This document shows positions 48,249 through 59,279 of a stretch of DNA of 64,000 nucleotides, piece after piece; within the stretch, counting starts at the first letter, position 1; each line of letters opens with the position of its first letter. The DNA is from Macrostomum hystrix. Lineage: Eukaryota > Animalia > Platyhelminthes. Both the position numbers and the translations under genes were made by a program. The stretch lies in assembly GCA_950097015.1 (NCBI GenBank), contig CATNEN010000010.1:744001-808000 (forward strand), given 5' to 3'. The notes under the pieces are model-generated. The model did not search any database. It had not been told where the DNA came from and worked only from the letters and a program-made list of their open reading frames with translations.

Positions 48249-50198
48249 ATGACAGACCGATCGGAGGCAGCTGCAGTCGACAGCACCGCTGCAGACGCCA
48301 TCTCTGAGGCGGATGTGCACCGCCGGGTGTTCGACTTTCTGGCCGCCTCCGGTCCAGTCGGTCCGGGGCGGCGCCAGCTGGCCGGCTTTCTGCAGGCGGA
48401 GCTCCTGGCTGAGCGGCGCGGCTGGCAGCGGCTTCTGGCGGCAGCGCTGGCCGAGGTCGAACGACTGCGGCGTGACGACCGTGGCGTTGTTGAAACCGCG
48501 CGAGTTCCCGTACCGCTTGACCAGATTTTCGACGACGCTGAAGACAGCGATGTCGCATCGTCGGATTCCGAAGAGGCTGAAACCAAAAACATGCGGCAGC
48601 AGCAGCCAATCACAAGGTAGTGAATCTGGCATGGCCACATGACTCTGTGACCTAGCCTTGAGCTACCCAGCATTTTAAAGGTGGGGCGGAGTCACAAATA
48701 TCCATTAAAAGCAAGGTAATCTCGCTGGAACTCTTTGAGATTGGCAAAGCTTTTCCTAGATTTCCTGGATGTTACGCTTCCTTGCCTAAAACAAAAAATG
48801 GGCGTAAGGAAAGTCTGCGTGTTCCAGTTTCAGCACTCCTTGTCTCATCTCCTCCTGTCTCATCTCTTCGCTGTCTTATATCTCCCTATTTCATCTCTCC
48901 CTGTTTCCTCTCTCCCTGTCTCATCTCTCCATGTCTCATCTCTCCCTGTCTCATCTCTCCCTGTCTAATCTCTCCCAGTCTCATTCTCCCAGTCTCATCT
49001 CTCCCTAGTCTTATCTCTCCGTGTTTCACCTCTTGCTAGTCTTATCTCTCACTATCTCATCTCTTCCTTGCTTTATCTCTCCCTGTTTCATCGCTCCCTC
49101 CATTGTCTTAACTCTCCGCTGTCTCAACTCTCTCTCTACCGATTTACTGAAGTTAAGCCATTTCTAGTTTCTAGCTAAGCCTCTATCGTTGAAACAATCT
49201 TCAACTTTCGCAGGAGCCTGACAGAACTCTCAGCCACTCCAGGCAGATTTCATCTTCGAATCAAGCAGCAACGGCGCCAGCAGCTGGAGCAGCAGCTTCT
49301 GGAGGACGCAGCCTCCGCACGCCAGGAGGCGGACGAAGCCCGCCGATTGGGCCAGCGGCAGCGACGCCTCATTGAGGAAATGCGGCACACGCTGGGTCGC
49401 CTGGAGGCGCGGCTGGCGCAGCTCACTGACGAGCGGCGGCGATGCCTCGACCTGCTGCGTCGGTGTCCGAGCAACGGAGAGGAAGGCAAGGCCGACGAAG
49501 GCGGTGCCGATGATGCACTTTTCCAGGTCAGCTCTTTGAGCTTTACAGATCCCGTCTCACTCTAAAAAGTTACTACTTCCTAATAGCCTTAGCGGGGACA
49601 TTATGAATCTATTCTTAGTGTTACGCTCGTACAACAAATTATAGGGGCCACTGGCATGAAAAATAAACATGACATCGGCAGCAACAAAATTCCACAGGTG
49701 ATTGCTCGGTTCATCGAGACATCGACAAGAGAGTCGCTAACGGCTGTTCTGCCGACACCGCCGCCATTACCGGCACCTCCTCCGCCTCCACCACCGCTGC
49801 AGCTGCAACCTCTCCCGACCTTTGTCCTTTCCCTGCCGGGGTCTCCGCCACCACCGCCTCAGCAACAGCTGCCGTCCAACTCGAAGCCGTCGCCGCGGCA
49901 GCTTCGCTTCCCCTATCCAGGCGAGCCTCCACTTCCTCCAGTTCGTCGGCGTCCGCCAGCCACTCCGGCTGGAGAGTTGGTGCAGTCGGCTGACAGCAGC
50001 GGCCGCCGACGTTGCCTTCGCTGCCGACGCAGCTTCCGACCGACAGAAAACGGTCCGGTGGCATGCCGCTTTCACAGCCTCGGCCAACTTCTGCTGATGC
50101 TGCGCAGCGGGCCACCCCAGCAGCAGCAGCAGCTGGCCTGGGCCTGCTGTGGCGCTGTGCCGCAGGACCCTGGCTGCTGCCGCGGCCGTCACGTTTAG
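48249..50198 (+). CDS. Unrecognised protein: coiled coil + Pro-rich region + C-terminal Cys/His zinc motif, 3 exons, ~393 aa
   Basis: Exons 48249-48616, 49214-49526, 49698-50198; phases 2/0, total 1182 nt. C-terminus CLRC-x13-CRFH-x23-CC-x8-C-x4-HV*. GC-rich codon usage like the neighbouring genes. The start codon is uncertain. Confidence 0.75.
48840..49130. repeat. Diverged CTGTCTCATCTCTCCC minisatellite in intron 1 of the Zn-motif gene
   Basis: Same unit as 19741-20632. Confidence 0.8.
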
Positions 50199-50722
50199 AT
50201 TTTCAAAAGTCTTCTGCCCATGGCCGGATGTTCGTGCCAAGGAAAGATGTCTAACAAACAGAAAAAGCAGTTCATGTGCTATTTACAGAATAGGTGGTGA
50301 GCGACAAAGCTGCATTTGGATTTTGGATAACCCACCCTCATAACTCTCCCTCATAACCCACCCTCATAACCCACCCTCATAACTCACCCTCATAACCCAC
50401 CCTCATAACCCACCCTCATAACCCACCCTCATAACCCACCCTCATAACTCACCCTCATAACCCACCCTCATAACCCACCCTCATAACTCACCCTCATAAC
50501 CCACCCTCATAACTCACCCTCATAACTCACCCTCATAACTCACCCTCAAAACTCTCCCTCATATCCCACCCTCATAACCCACTCTCATAACCCACCCTCA
50601 TAACTCACCCTCATAACCCACCCTCATAACTCGCCCTCATAACCCACCCTCATAACTCGCCCTCATAACCCACCCTCATAACTCACCCTCATAACCCACC
50701 CTCATAACCCACCCTCATAACC

Positions 50723-53700
50723 TGTTATGTTAGAAGTCAAGGCGAGTGTGTGCGAGCTACGAAACGCTTAAAGCCAGCGATGGGCAGAGAGCCGATATAT
50801 ATATTATTGTTTAGTCAAGTGCAGTGAGCAATGTACATTGTACGCGTCAATGGGGGACTGGGGGGCAGGTGCACTGAGAGAGAAAGAGAAAGACTGCACA
50901 TCGGCTAGCCAGCATCGATCATTACACAACACCTCCTTACATTGAAAAGTACGAATATAATGGCACGAAAAGAGTAGAACGAATATAGTAGCACGAATGG
51001 AGTCGCACGAAAACAGTTGAATGGGGAAAACTAAAAACATTGAAATATTTTACGATCATATGGAACAATACAATATTAATGTTGAAAAATATCATTTTAG
51101 ACCGTTTGTTAAATCGCACGCTTGAGCAGCAAAGACAACACATCAACTTCTGCCATTCCTCCTTTCACCAAAATTATAGGAACTTAAAAAGAGCTTCCAG
51201 TTCATTTAAATTCAGTCAACAGTCATTTTTCACTCAAAAGTTCACCACGAGGCCTGGTACCTCTGCGGCTGATGGACAAGCCGACCTCGCTTGGTCCGGA
51301 ACCCAGAGTCGTCCGAGCTTGAGCACGGTTGCACAGATGCCGGCTGCTCAGCTGGCTGCACTGGCTCTGCAGGCTGCTCTGTCGCCGGTTGCACGGCCGG
51401 TTGCACGGCCGGTTGCACGGCCGGTTGCACGGGTGCCTGCTGGTCGTCCGCCTCCGACAGATTGACATCCTCATCAGCCACTGGGTAGCTTTCATGGAAT
51501 GGCACGCCGATCTCACGTGGCCTGATAAACCGCCGGTTGCGCCTGAGCAGCTGGCCCGACTCCGTGCGAAGCCAGTACGACCGCGGGCTGCCGTCCACCT
51601 CGCTGTCGACCTCGGCAGCCACCCAGTTCCGACGATCGCACTGAAGCCAGACTGGCTCGCCGACCTCCAAGCGTCGAAGTGCGCGCGCACTGCGGTTGTA
51701 GAGCTGAGCTGCCCGGGTCCGCTCCTTCTGGAATGCTTCGATGCTGGCATGCACGTAGGTCTCCCGAGGCCGCAGATCTTGCACCGTTGTCGGCAGGTCG
51801 CACCGCAGTTTCCGGCCAAACGCCATTTCCGCCGGGCTGGGGAAGCCGCTGCCGACCGGCGTGTTGCGATAGTGCAAAAGGGCCAGTGCCAGGCTCTGTC
51901 CAGTCTCCTGGCACTTCTTCATCATATTCTTGGCAGTCTGCACATATCGCTCTGCTTTGCCGTTGGACTGCGGGTAGGCCGGACTCGATGTCCGGTGCTC
52001 CACCTGAAATCTGTTCATGAACTGGCGGAACTCTCCTGCGGTGAACTGCGGCCCATTGTCACTGATGAGCTTCTCTGGCACTCCAAAGTTCTGGAAATGG
52101 TCTTGGAGCACCTGAACTACTGCCAGGCTTGTTGTCGACCGCAGGCGGGTGATGCTCATCCAGTGGCTGTAGGCGTCTACGTACACCAGGTGCGCAGCGC
52201 CACGGAACTCGAACAAGTCGGTCGAGCAGACTTGGAACGGAAACTCGGGCATTTCAACGATCATCAAAGTCTCCTTTGACTGGGCCTTCATGTTACGCTG
52301 GCAGGCCTCGCACTGGCTGACAGTTCGCTCGATGCAGGTGCGCATTCCTGGCCAGTAAAAATAATCTTTGGCTTTCAGGTCCATCTTGACGATTCCAGGG
52401 TGTCCAGCGTGCAAAATTCTTAGGATCGAGCTTCTGGCGCTGCCGGCTGGCACGTAGATGCGGTCCTTCAGGCACAGGAGTCCTGAGACGAAAGTCAGAT
52501 CATGGCGAAGATCCCAAAATACTTTCAAATCGTCAGGTAGTCGGTTTCGATGCTCGGGCCATCCGGCTTGAATGACCTCCTGCAGACGCTGGCTCGTGTG
52601 GTCTGCAGCCATGGCCTTCTTGATCATTGTCAGAATCTCGCGGTCTCCACTGAAGCATCGCTCCACAGCTAGCACTTGTCCGTCCAAAGCTTCCTCCAGC
52701 AGAAGCGTCAGGCTGTCCGTCTTTCCGTGAGCTCGGCTTAGCGTGTCTGCGACGTACAGCTCCTTTCCTGGTGTGTACTTCACACGAATGTCGTAGGGCT
52801 GCAGCTGCAGCAACAAGCGCTGGATGCGCGGCGTGGTGTCACAGAGCTGCTTCTTTAAGATGGACTCCAGTGGCTTATGGTCACTCTGGACATTGACAGT
52901 GCGGCCCCAGAGGTAGCGGTGAAATTTCTTGCAGCCGTACACAATAGCCAGGAGCTCCTTCTCAATCTGCGCGTATGCCTGCTGAGCTTTAGTCATGGCT
53001 GATGAAGCGAACTCAACCGGACGGTCCTCTTGGAGTAGCACAGCACCGATGCCGCTCTTGCTGGCATCCACAGACACGGTGACTGGCTTGCTGACGTCAA
53101 ATGTGGCCAAAACCCTGTTAGAACACAGCTCCGTGATGATCGAGTCGTACGCCTCGTCGTGCTGATGCGTCCAGCTCCAAATGACGTCTTTCTTGAGCAG
53201 GTGTCTAAGCGGCTCTGCAGTAGCGGAAAGATGAGGACAAAACTTGGCCAGGTACGTCACACAGCCGAGAAATCGCCTTAGCTGCTCCTTCTTCGAAGTG
53301 AGACCTTCAACATCATTCGGCCGGATCATTTCTCTGATGGCTTTGACCTTCATTGGATCTGCTCGCAACCCTTCCGAGCTGAGCACATCGCCTAGGTAGT
53401 TGAGCTCTTGGACACCGACTCGCATCTTCTGTGGGTTCAGTGTCACCTTGGCACGCTTGCACTGCTCCAGGAGCTCTCGCACAGCTTGGTCGTGCTCCTC
53501 GACTGTTCTTCCCCACACGATGATGTCGTCAAAGAAGTTCTTAGAGTTTCTCACGTTGTTTGTGACGTTTTCTTCCATTCTCTTCTGGAAGACCTCGGGA
53601 ATGGATGAGAGACCGTATGGAACTCGTTTCCAGCGATATCGGCCGAACGGGGTGTGGAACGTGGTCAGGAAGGAGCTTTCATCATCGAGTTTTAGTTGGT

Positions 53701-55598
53701 GAAAGCTCTCGTTCGCATCGAATGAGCTGTACAGGATGGCTCCAGCAGTCGCAGCTCGAACTTCCTCGGCGGTGGGGATCGGGTGGTACTCTCTGATGAT
53801 GAACCTGTTCAGGTAGGTCGGATCTAGACACAGTCGCATCGAGCCGTCCTTCTTCCACACGATGGCCACATTGGAGACCCACTGCGTCGGTTCGTCGACT
53901 CGCGCGATCGTTCCTTCCTTCTCCAGTCTCTCCAGCTCGCACTTCAGAGGTTGATACGCAGCAAATGGCACCTTGCGAGGAGGCTGCACTTTAGGCACTG
54001 CGTTGTCCGACAGTTGAATGGTGTATGGCTGCTTCATGCAACCAACGCCGTTGAATACTTCTGGGAAGCTGGCCTTTAACTGGCTGGAGTTCAGTTCCGA
54101 TAACTGCTGCTTGCTCACCTTGCTGATGCTGCTTGGACTCTGCTGCAACGAGAACAGCTTCTTGACCAGCTGCAGCTCCTCAATCGCTGACTTCCAGCCG
54201 ATGATGGGCGTGGAGTTCTCGCCGACAACAACAAACTGCAGTCGGGCATTCTTCCGGCAGGGCGAAGACACAGTCAAGTACGTGATGCCGACCACGTCCA
54301 GCAGCTGCTTGTTGTACGTTGTCAGAGTCCAGGATGTCGGCTCAATCGATGCTGCAGGGGCGAGCTGGATCAGCCGTTTCAGAGGGATCACGTTGACGTC
54401 CGCACCGGTGTCCACCTTGAACTGCAGCTTTCTTCCAGAGTCCGTGACAGTCAGGCACACCATCATCGCCGAGCTGTCGGTTTGCGCCTTGGTTCGAGCA
54501 CCTGGCTGCTCCACGGTCATGATTGCTGCAGCCGGGCCATCACCTGCGGACTCGGTCTCGGTGTTCTCCACCAGCTCGTTGACCTTCTTAGCTGAGCGGC
54601 ACACGGACGAGAAATGGTTTGCACGACCACAGTTATTGCAGGTCTTTCCGAATGCCGGGCACTTGCGCCGCTCATGCTGCTGTCCGCAGAAGCCGCAGCT
54701 GAGAGCCGACTTGGCATTGCTGGCGGGCTGCGACCGGCTGGTTCGGCCTTGAACTGCCTCGACGGACGCTGGCGTGGGTGCAGGCGTTGCTCGGCTGATC
54801 TGCGCTGTGGCCAGGGTCCGAGCCTGCCGCTTCGAAGTCTCCGACGCTCGACCCATCTGGATGGCGCGGTCCAGCGTCAGCTTTGTCTCGCGGAGAAGCC
54901 TCTCCCTCAGAGCTGGGTCGTTCGCACCGATGACGATCTGATCTCGAATGACGCTGTTCTCGATGGTCTCCTTGTTCGCTGGCTCGCTGTAGTTGCATCG
55001 CTTGATGAGCTGGCGAAGTGAGCCGACGAATTGGTCGAAGTCCTCAGCTTCTCCTTGCACTCTTGTTCGAAGCTGGTAGCGCTCAAAGGTCTCATTCGAC
55101 AGAGGCTCGCAGTACTCTTGGAACGCACTCTTTACAGCTGCGTACGTTGCTACTTGGTCTGCAGGAAACGTGGAGAATACGTCCTGTCCATCGGATCCCA
55201 GCGCGGTCAGGAGAACAGCGATCTTCACTTCTTCACTTTCTTCAGTCCTCTTCGTAGCTTTCATGTAGAAATCAAATGCACTGATCCATCGCCTCCAGTT
55301 GTCTGCCCTATTGGTGTCAAAAATCATGGGCTCTGGCGGCCTCAATCCATCCATGCTGGCTCGCTAGAAAGTTTAGACTTGCGACGTCATGTTATGTTAG
55401 AAGTCAAGGCGAGTGTGTGCGAGCTACGAAACGCTTAAAGCCAGCGATGGGCAGAGAGCCGATATATATATTATTGTTTAGTCAAGTGCAGTGAGCAATG
55501 TACATTGTACGCGTCAATGGGAGACTGGGGGGCAGGTGCACTGAGAGAGAAAGAGAAAGACTGCACATCGGCTAGCCAGCATCGATCATTACACAACA
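50723..55598 (-). mobile_element. Full-length Ty3/Gypsy (Mag-like) LTR retrotransposon
   Basis: 209-bp LTRs (55390-55598 and 50723-50931) with TG...CA ends and one mismatch (50855 G vs 55522 A). 5-bp TSD TAACC (50718-50722 and 55599-55603). Short PPT GTAAGGAGG next to the 3' LTR. Confidence 0.97.
51242..55354 (-). CDS. Single uninterrupted gag-pol polyprotein, 1370 aa
   Basis: Two Zn knuckles (CGFCGQQHERRKC, CNNCGRANHFSSVC); protease VDTGAD; RT LCLDPTYLN, VPYGL, FFDD; RNase H DAS, EKELLA, DHKPL, ADTLSR; integrase HAGH, CEAC, TDLF, SDNGPQF, AER. Order PR-RT-RH-IN indicates Gypsy. Confidence 0.97.
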   Translation of the reverse strand: MDGLRPPEPMIFDTNRADNWRRWISAFDFYMKATKRTEESEEVKIAVLLTALGSDGQDVFSTFPADQVATYAAVKSAFQEYCEPLSNETFERYQLRTRVQGEAEDFDQFVGSLRQLIKRCNYSEPANKETIENSVIRDQIVIGANDPALRERLLRETKLTLDRAIQMGRASETSKRQARTLATAQISRATPAPTPASVEAVQGRTSRSQPASNAKSALSCGFCGQQHERRKCPAFGKTCNNCGRANHFSSVCRSAKKVNELVENTETESAGDGPAAAIMTVEQPGARTKAQTDSSAMMVCLTVTDSGRKLQFKVDTGADVNVIPLKRLIQLAPAASIEPTSWTLTTYNKQLLDVVGITYLTVSSPCRKNARLQFVVVGENSTPIIGWKSAIEELQLVKKLFSLQQSPSSISKVSKQQLSELNSSQLKASFPEVFNGVGCMKQPYTIQLSDNAVPKVQPPRKVPFAAYQPLKCELERLEKEGTIARVDEPTQWVSNVAIVWKKDGSMRLCLDPTYLNRFIIREYHPIPTAEEVRAATAGAILYSSFDANESFHQLKLDDESSFLTTFHTPFGRYRWKRVPYGLSSIPEVFQKRMEENVTNNVRNSKNFFDDIIVWGRTVEEHDQAVRELLEQCKRAKVTLNPQKMRVGVQELNYLGDVLSSEGLRADPMKVKAIREMIRPNDVEGLTSKKEQLRRFLGCVTYLAKFCPHLSATAEPLRHLLKKDVIWSWTHQHDEAYDSIITELCSNRVLATFDVSKPVTVSVDASKSGIGAVLLQEDRPVEFASSAMTKAQQAYAQIEKELLAIVYGCKKFHRYLWGRTVNVQSDHKPLESILKKQLCDTTPRIQRLLLQLQPYDIRVKYTPGKELYVADTLSRAHGKTDSLTLLLEEALDGQVLAVERCFSGDREILTMIKKAMAADHTSQRLQEVIQAGWPEHRNRLPDDLKVFWDLRHDLTFVSGLLCLKDRIYVPAGSARSSILRILHAGHPGIVKMDLKAKDYFYWPGMRTCIERTVSQCEACQRNMKAQSKETLMIVEMPEFPFQVCSTDLFEFRGAAHLVYVDAYSHWMSITRLRSTTSLAVVQVLQDHFQNFGVPEKLISDNGPQFTAGEFRQFMNRFQVEHRTSSPAYPQSNGKAERYVQTAKNMMKKCQETGQSLALALLHYRNTPVGSGFPSPAEMAFGRKLRCDLPTTVQDLRPRETYVHASIEAFQKERTRAAQLYNRSARALRRLEVGEPVWLQCDRRNWVAAEVDSEVDGSPRSYWLRTESGQLLRRNRRFIRPREIGVPFHESYPVADEDVNLSEADDQQAPVQPAVQPAVQPAVQPATEQPAEPVQPAEQPASVQPCSSSDDSGFRTKRGRLVHQPQRYQASW

Positions 55599-56381
55599 TA
55601 ACCCACCCTCATAACTCACCCTCATAACTCACCCTCATAACCCACCCTCATAACCCGCCCTCATAACTCACCCTCATAACCCACCCTCATAACCCACCCT
55701 CATAACTCACCCTCATAACCCACCCTCATAACCCGCCCTCATAACTCACCCTCATAACCCACCCTCATAACCCACCCTCATAACCCACCCTCATAACCCA
55801 CCCTCATAACCCACCCTCATAACCCACCCTCATAACCCACCCTCATAACCCACCCTCAGGAAATTAGGAATAATATACTCGTATTTGCATTGTGAACCAA
55901 TAACGTAGAATTCCTTCCGTCAGACGTTCTTAAGCGAAAATAAACATTAAAAACGAAAAAAGAATCCAATAATTGCGAGTAAATTTAGTCTCTGCTTCTG
56001 TTAAGCCGAGATACTCCAAATATGCTTGAAGCACCTGCTTCTCTCTCTCAATCACCTACTCTGTCTATTTGAGTTAGCCTATTGTCATGTTTATCCAGCA
56101 GCATGTTGTGAGTTAACAAATGGCAGGTAGAAAACAAATTTCTATATTTACAGTTCTTATCCGTGTGGACCGAGTCGGGTGTATTATTTTATTCTCAGCT
56201 CATGTTCTCAAGAATTTCAGCACTAAAAAATAAATTTCAGGTGGAAAAAGTTTGTGACGCGGAATTGACGACAGACCGGGTAAGGCGGGACCAAATTGCA
56301 GATGATCGTTCGGCTTCCTTCACATCCAAACAACCTTACCGCTTGCTTCCCAATGTGTAAGATCTGATTGTCCCCACAGCT

Positions 56382-58810
56382 CTAATACCGCGTCTCCAGC
56401 ATCTCCAGCATCATGCGAATCCACCGCACGCCGCAGAGTGAGAAACCCGAGCAGGTGTAGCGACTGTACATGAAATTGAGGCCCAGGAACTCCGAGCCGA
56501 ATGACGCATCAAAGATTCCATTCGGTGAGATTGACGTGCAGCTCAAGAACCAGAAGCCTGAGTTTCCCCTACCGGCAGAGCACGAGCCGGCCGACTTCAA
56601 GTTGTTGGTCCTGTCGAGGGTGGAGAACGGCACGCCTCTGACATCGCTGAGCGGGTCGCTGGTGAAGTTGGAGCTGCCTGTCAGGTACTCGTCATACCGC
56701 ATCACGTACTGGGAAGCCGTGTCGCCGACGGTGAAGTTGGACCACTCGGCGACGTACCGGGAGCCGTTCAGCACCGCCAGCTCGATGCGCAGAGTGGCTT
56801 TGGCGTCGACCGTAGCCGAGTGCAGCTGCGACAGGCCTGATTTGATGGGTGAATAGGGAGGCCGTCGCCATGAGGACGCGACCCTGATCTTGTCTAACCA
56901 GGAAATCTTTCAGTTATCCTCAGTTGCGGAAACACACTTCTCAGGCATGCGTCGGCAGGCAACATAAAATCACGAAATAAGTCCCGCTCTTTGACTTTAA
57001 CAGTAGGACTACCAAGCCATTTTGCCGCCCGTTTTTATACCAAGGGGGGAGAATCCCCCCCCCTGAGAACATTTTTGGCAGCGCCTGAAAGCTAACCGCG
57101 TAGACTGATTGGTTGACGATGGCGATGGTGTACTGTAGTTGAGCTGCGCCTAATATTTAGGCTTCAGCAGTGAAATTTTAGAAATTCGCGTCAGTGTCCA
57201 GAGAGGCCTATTTCCACATTATTTTGCATTTGAAGGTCCCGCAGTCCGTCTAGATAAAGGTAGGTGACCACCAAAGACGGAGATGATGCAGGCACATTCG
57301 GGTGACATGCTGATAAAGTTTGAAGGTCTGGAAAGGCCGCACTGAGGCGCAGTGCAAATTCGTGTATAGGGGTGTATGAAATACACTAGCTCTTATGGGA
57401 AAAATCGGACCTTCGGCCAGAAACATTGAATATCTCGACGGTCTGAAGAGCTGGCGACTTGTTTCTTGTTTCAGAAGATGCGCAACAAAGAGTTGGCCCG
57501 TGTTCTTGAGTTTCGTGTGCTTGCATTGTTCCGTTCGGGTGCAGCAAAAAAATTGTCAGTGGGGGGGAATTCCCCCACCCTTGGTAGTTCTACTGTTAAT
57601 GTCATCATAATATTTGCTGGAGAGTACATCATTTGGTGACAGTTGGCACACACTCACACAGATACCGTACACAGGCTCACACTCACACAGATACCGTACA
57701 CAGGCTCACACTCACACAGATACCGTACACAGGCACACACTCACACAGATACCGTACACAGGCACACACTCACACAGATACCGTACACAGGCTCACACTC
57801 ACACAGATACCGTACACAGGCTCACACTCACACAGATACCGTACACAGGCTCACACTCACACAGATACCGTACACAGGCACACACTCACACAGATACCGT
57901 ACACAGGCTCACACTCACACAGATACCGTACACAGGCACACACTCACACAGATACCGTACACAGGCTCACACTCACACAAGTGTGCATGTTTGGATGATT
58001 TTTTTCATCGTCAAGCCTTATGCACTTTCACTGTGCCTTTGGGGCTGGCTCTAATGGGCGCAGTTGGCACATGTTCCCAAGCCACAAATGAATTTTGCCT
58101 CGCAGCGGATTCGAGCTCAGGACCTTGGTGCGAGAGGCAGACGCTCTGCAGCTAACCCCCATTACGCTAATGTAACCAGAGGGTGCCAGCGCCAGTGCCT
58201 TGCCAGCTCACCGGCCCAGAAGTCGTCCTTGTCGCCGAAGCCGCGCTCGTAGTCGGTCCAGTTCCTGGCGAAGCTCACTGAGCCCGTGCGACGCTGCTGG
58301 AACACCCACAGCCTGCGGCCTCCGAGCTGCTCGATGTAGCCCTGCGGCGGAGCTGAAACAACCGCAGAGAGGCATAATATGTTGTCCAGCTTTATTGATT
58401 CGGCTTTCCTGCCTTCTGGGACCAGTCACCTGTTTTCACGAACAACTCCGCGGCTCCACCGGCACAGCTGGGACTCGCTGACAAGCCGCAGAAGCCGGCG
58501 ATGTAGCTGAACGACCAGCAGGCCGCGTCGTGTGCGCAGAGAAAGAAGCACTCAAGAATGCCGGCTGCCTTCACGGAGTTGACCCTCGACTTGGTGCAAA
58601 TGCCGAGCGCTGATGAAGCGGAGAAGACACCAACCACTGCATGGCTGGACGGCTGGGCTGCAATAAAAATTATTTGCGACAGGAATTTCGCAAGTACTTT
58701 AGGTTCATGTTTAATTAGTGTTTAAGTTTTATGTTGCTCAGCAGCTACTTACCCAGGATGCGAAGATGCAGCAGAGCGCATGCGGTCAACAGGGTCGCAG
58801 GCACATGCAT
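56382..58810 (-). CDS. Secreted PAN/apple + fibrinogen C-terminal domain protein, copy A (intact, 293 aa)
   Basis: Exons 58810-58753 (signal peptide), 58657-58430 (PAN-like EC..LC..D..C.SF.Y...C.L), 58352-58212 (WVFQQR...F...W.DYERGFG...DFWAG), 56836-56382 (LRIEL, FSTLDR, SC, FWF.SC, PNG). All introns phase 1; total 882 nt. Confidence 0.85.
57648..57978. repeat. 29-bp minisatellite in copy A intron 3
   Basis: CACACTCACACAGATACCGTACACAGGC(T/A) units, ~11 copies. Confidence 0.95.
58090..58175 (-). mobile_element. tRNA-derived SINE-like relic
   Basis: A-box-like TAGCGTAATGG (58168-58158) and B-box-like GCTCGAATCC (58116-58107). The T and acceptor stems do not pair, so it is not a tRNA. Confidence 0.4.
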
Positions 58811-59007
58811 TGAGGCTTATGGGTTGAATGCCAACGAATTCATGCGGACTGTCTGTCGTGCTTCTGAAACAGCGCTCGCTGTTGTGATGGGAGACCACTA
58901 GTTATGCTTGCCTCACGCGACGACCGACCAAAGGGAGAAACAACCCACCTCCCTCCGTGCCTTCGCTCTCTGACTGGCTAAAAGCATCTTTGAGATTGCT
59001 GCAGACT

Positions 59008-59279
59008 GAGCCTGAGTGCTGAGTAAGACTTTCTTTGAGAATGAGCCTGAGTGCTGAGTGAGACTTTCTTTGAGAATGAGCCTGAGTGCCGAGTGAGACT
59101 TTCTTTGAGAATGAGCCTGAGTGCTGAGTAAGACTTTCTTTGAGAATGAGCCTGAGTGCTGAGTTAGACTTTCTTTGAGAATGAGCCTGAGTGCTGAGTG
59201 AGACTTTCTTTGAGAATGAGCCTGAGTGCTGAGTGAGACTTTCTTTGAGAATGAGCCTGAGTGCTGAGTGAGACTTTCT
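59008..59279. repeat. 35-bp minisatellite between copies A and B
   Basis: GAGCCTGAGTGCTGAGTGAGACTTTCTTTGAGAAT units, ~8 copies. Confidence 0.92.

Larger units (their letters stand above)
50330..55857. repeat. 13-bp minisatellite split by the LTR element (arms ~50330-50722 and 55599-55857)
   Basis: ATAAC(C/T)CACCCTC units on both sides of the insertion. Confidence 0.92.

Noticed and set aside
53313-55438. Antisense and alternate-frame ORFs over gag-pol and other GC-rich exons
   Set aside because: Expected shadows of GC-rich coding sequence; no independent motifs.
56241-56279. 39-nt plus-strand segment flanked by tttcag| and |gtaagg as an extra exon
   Set aside because: No gene context or homology; the upstream gene already terminates at 50198.
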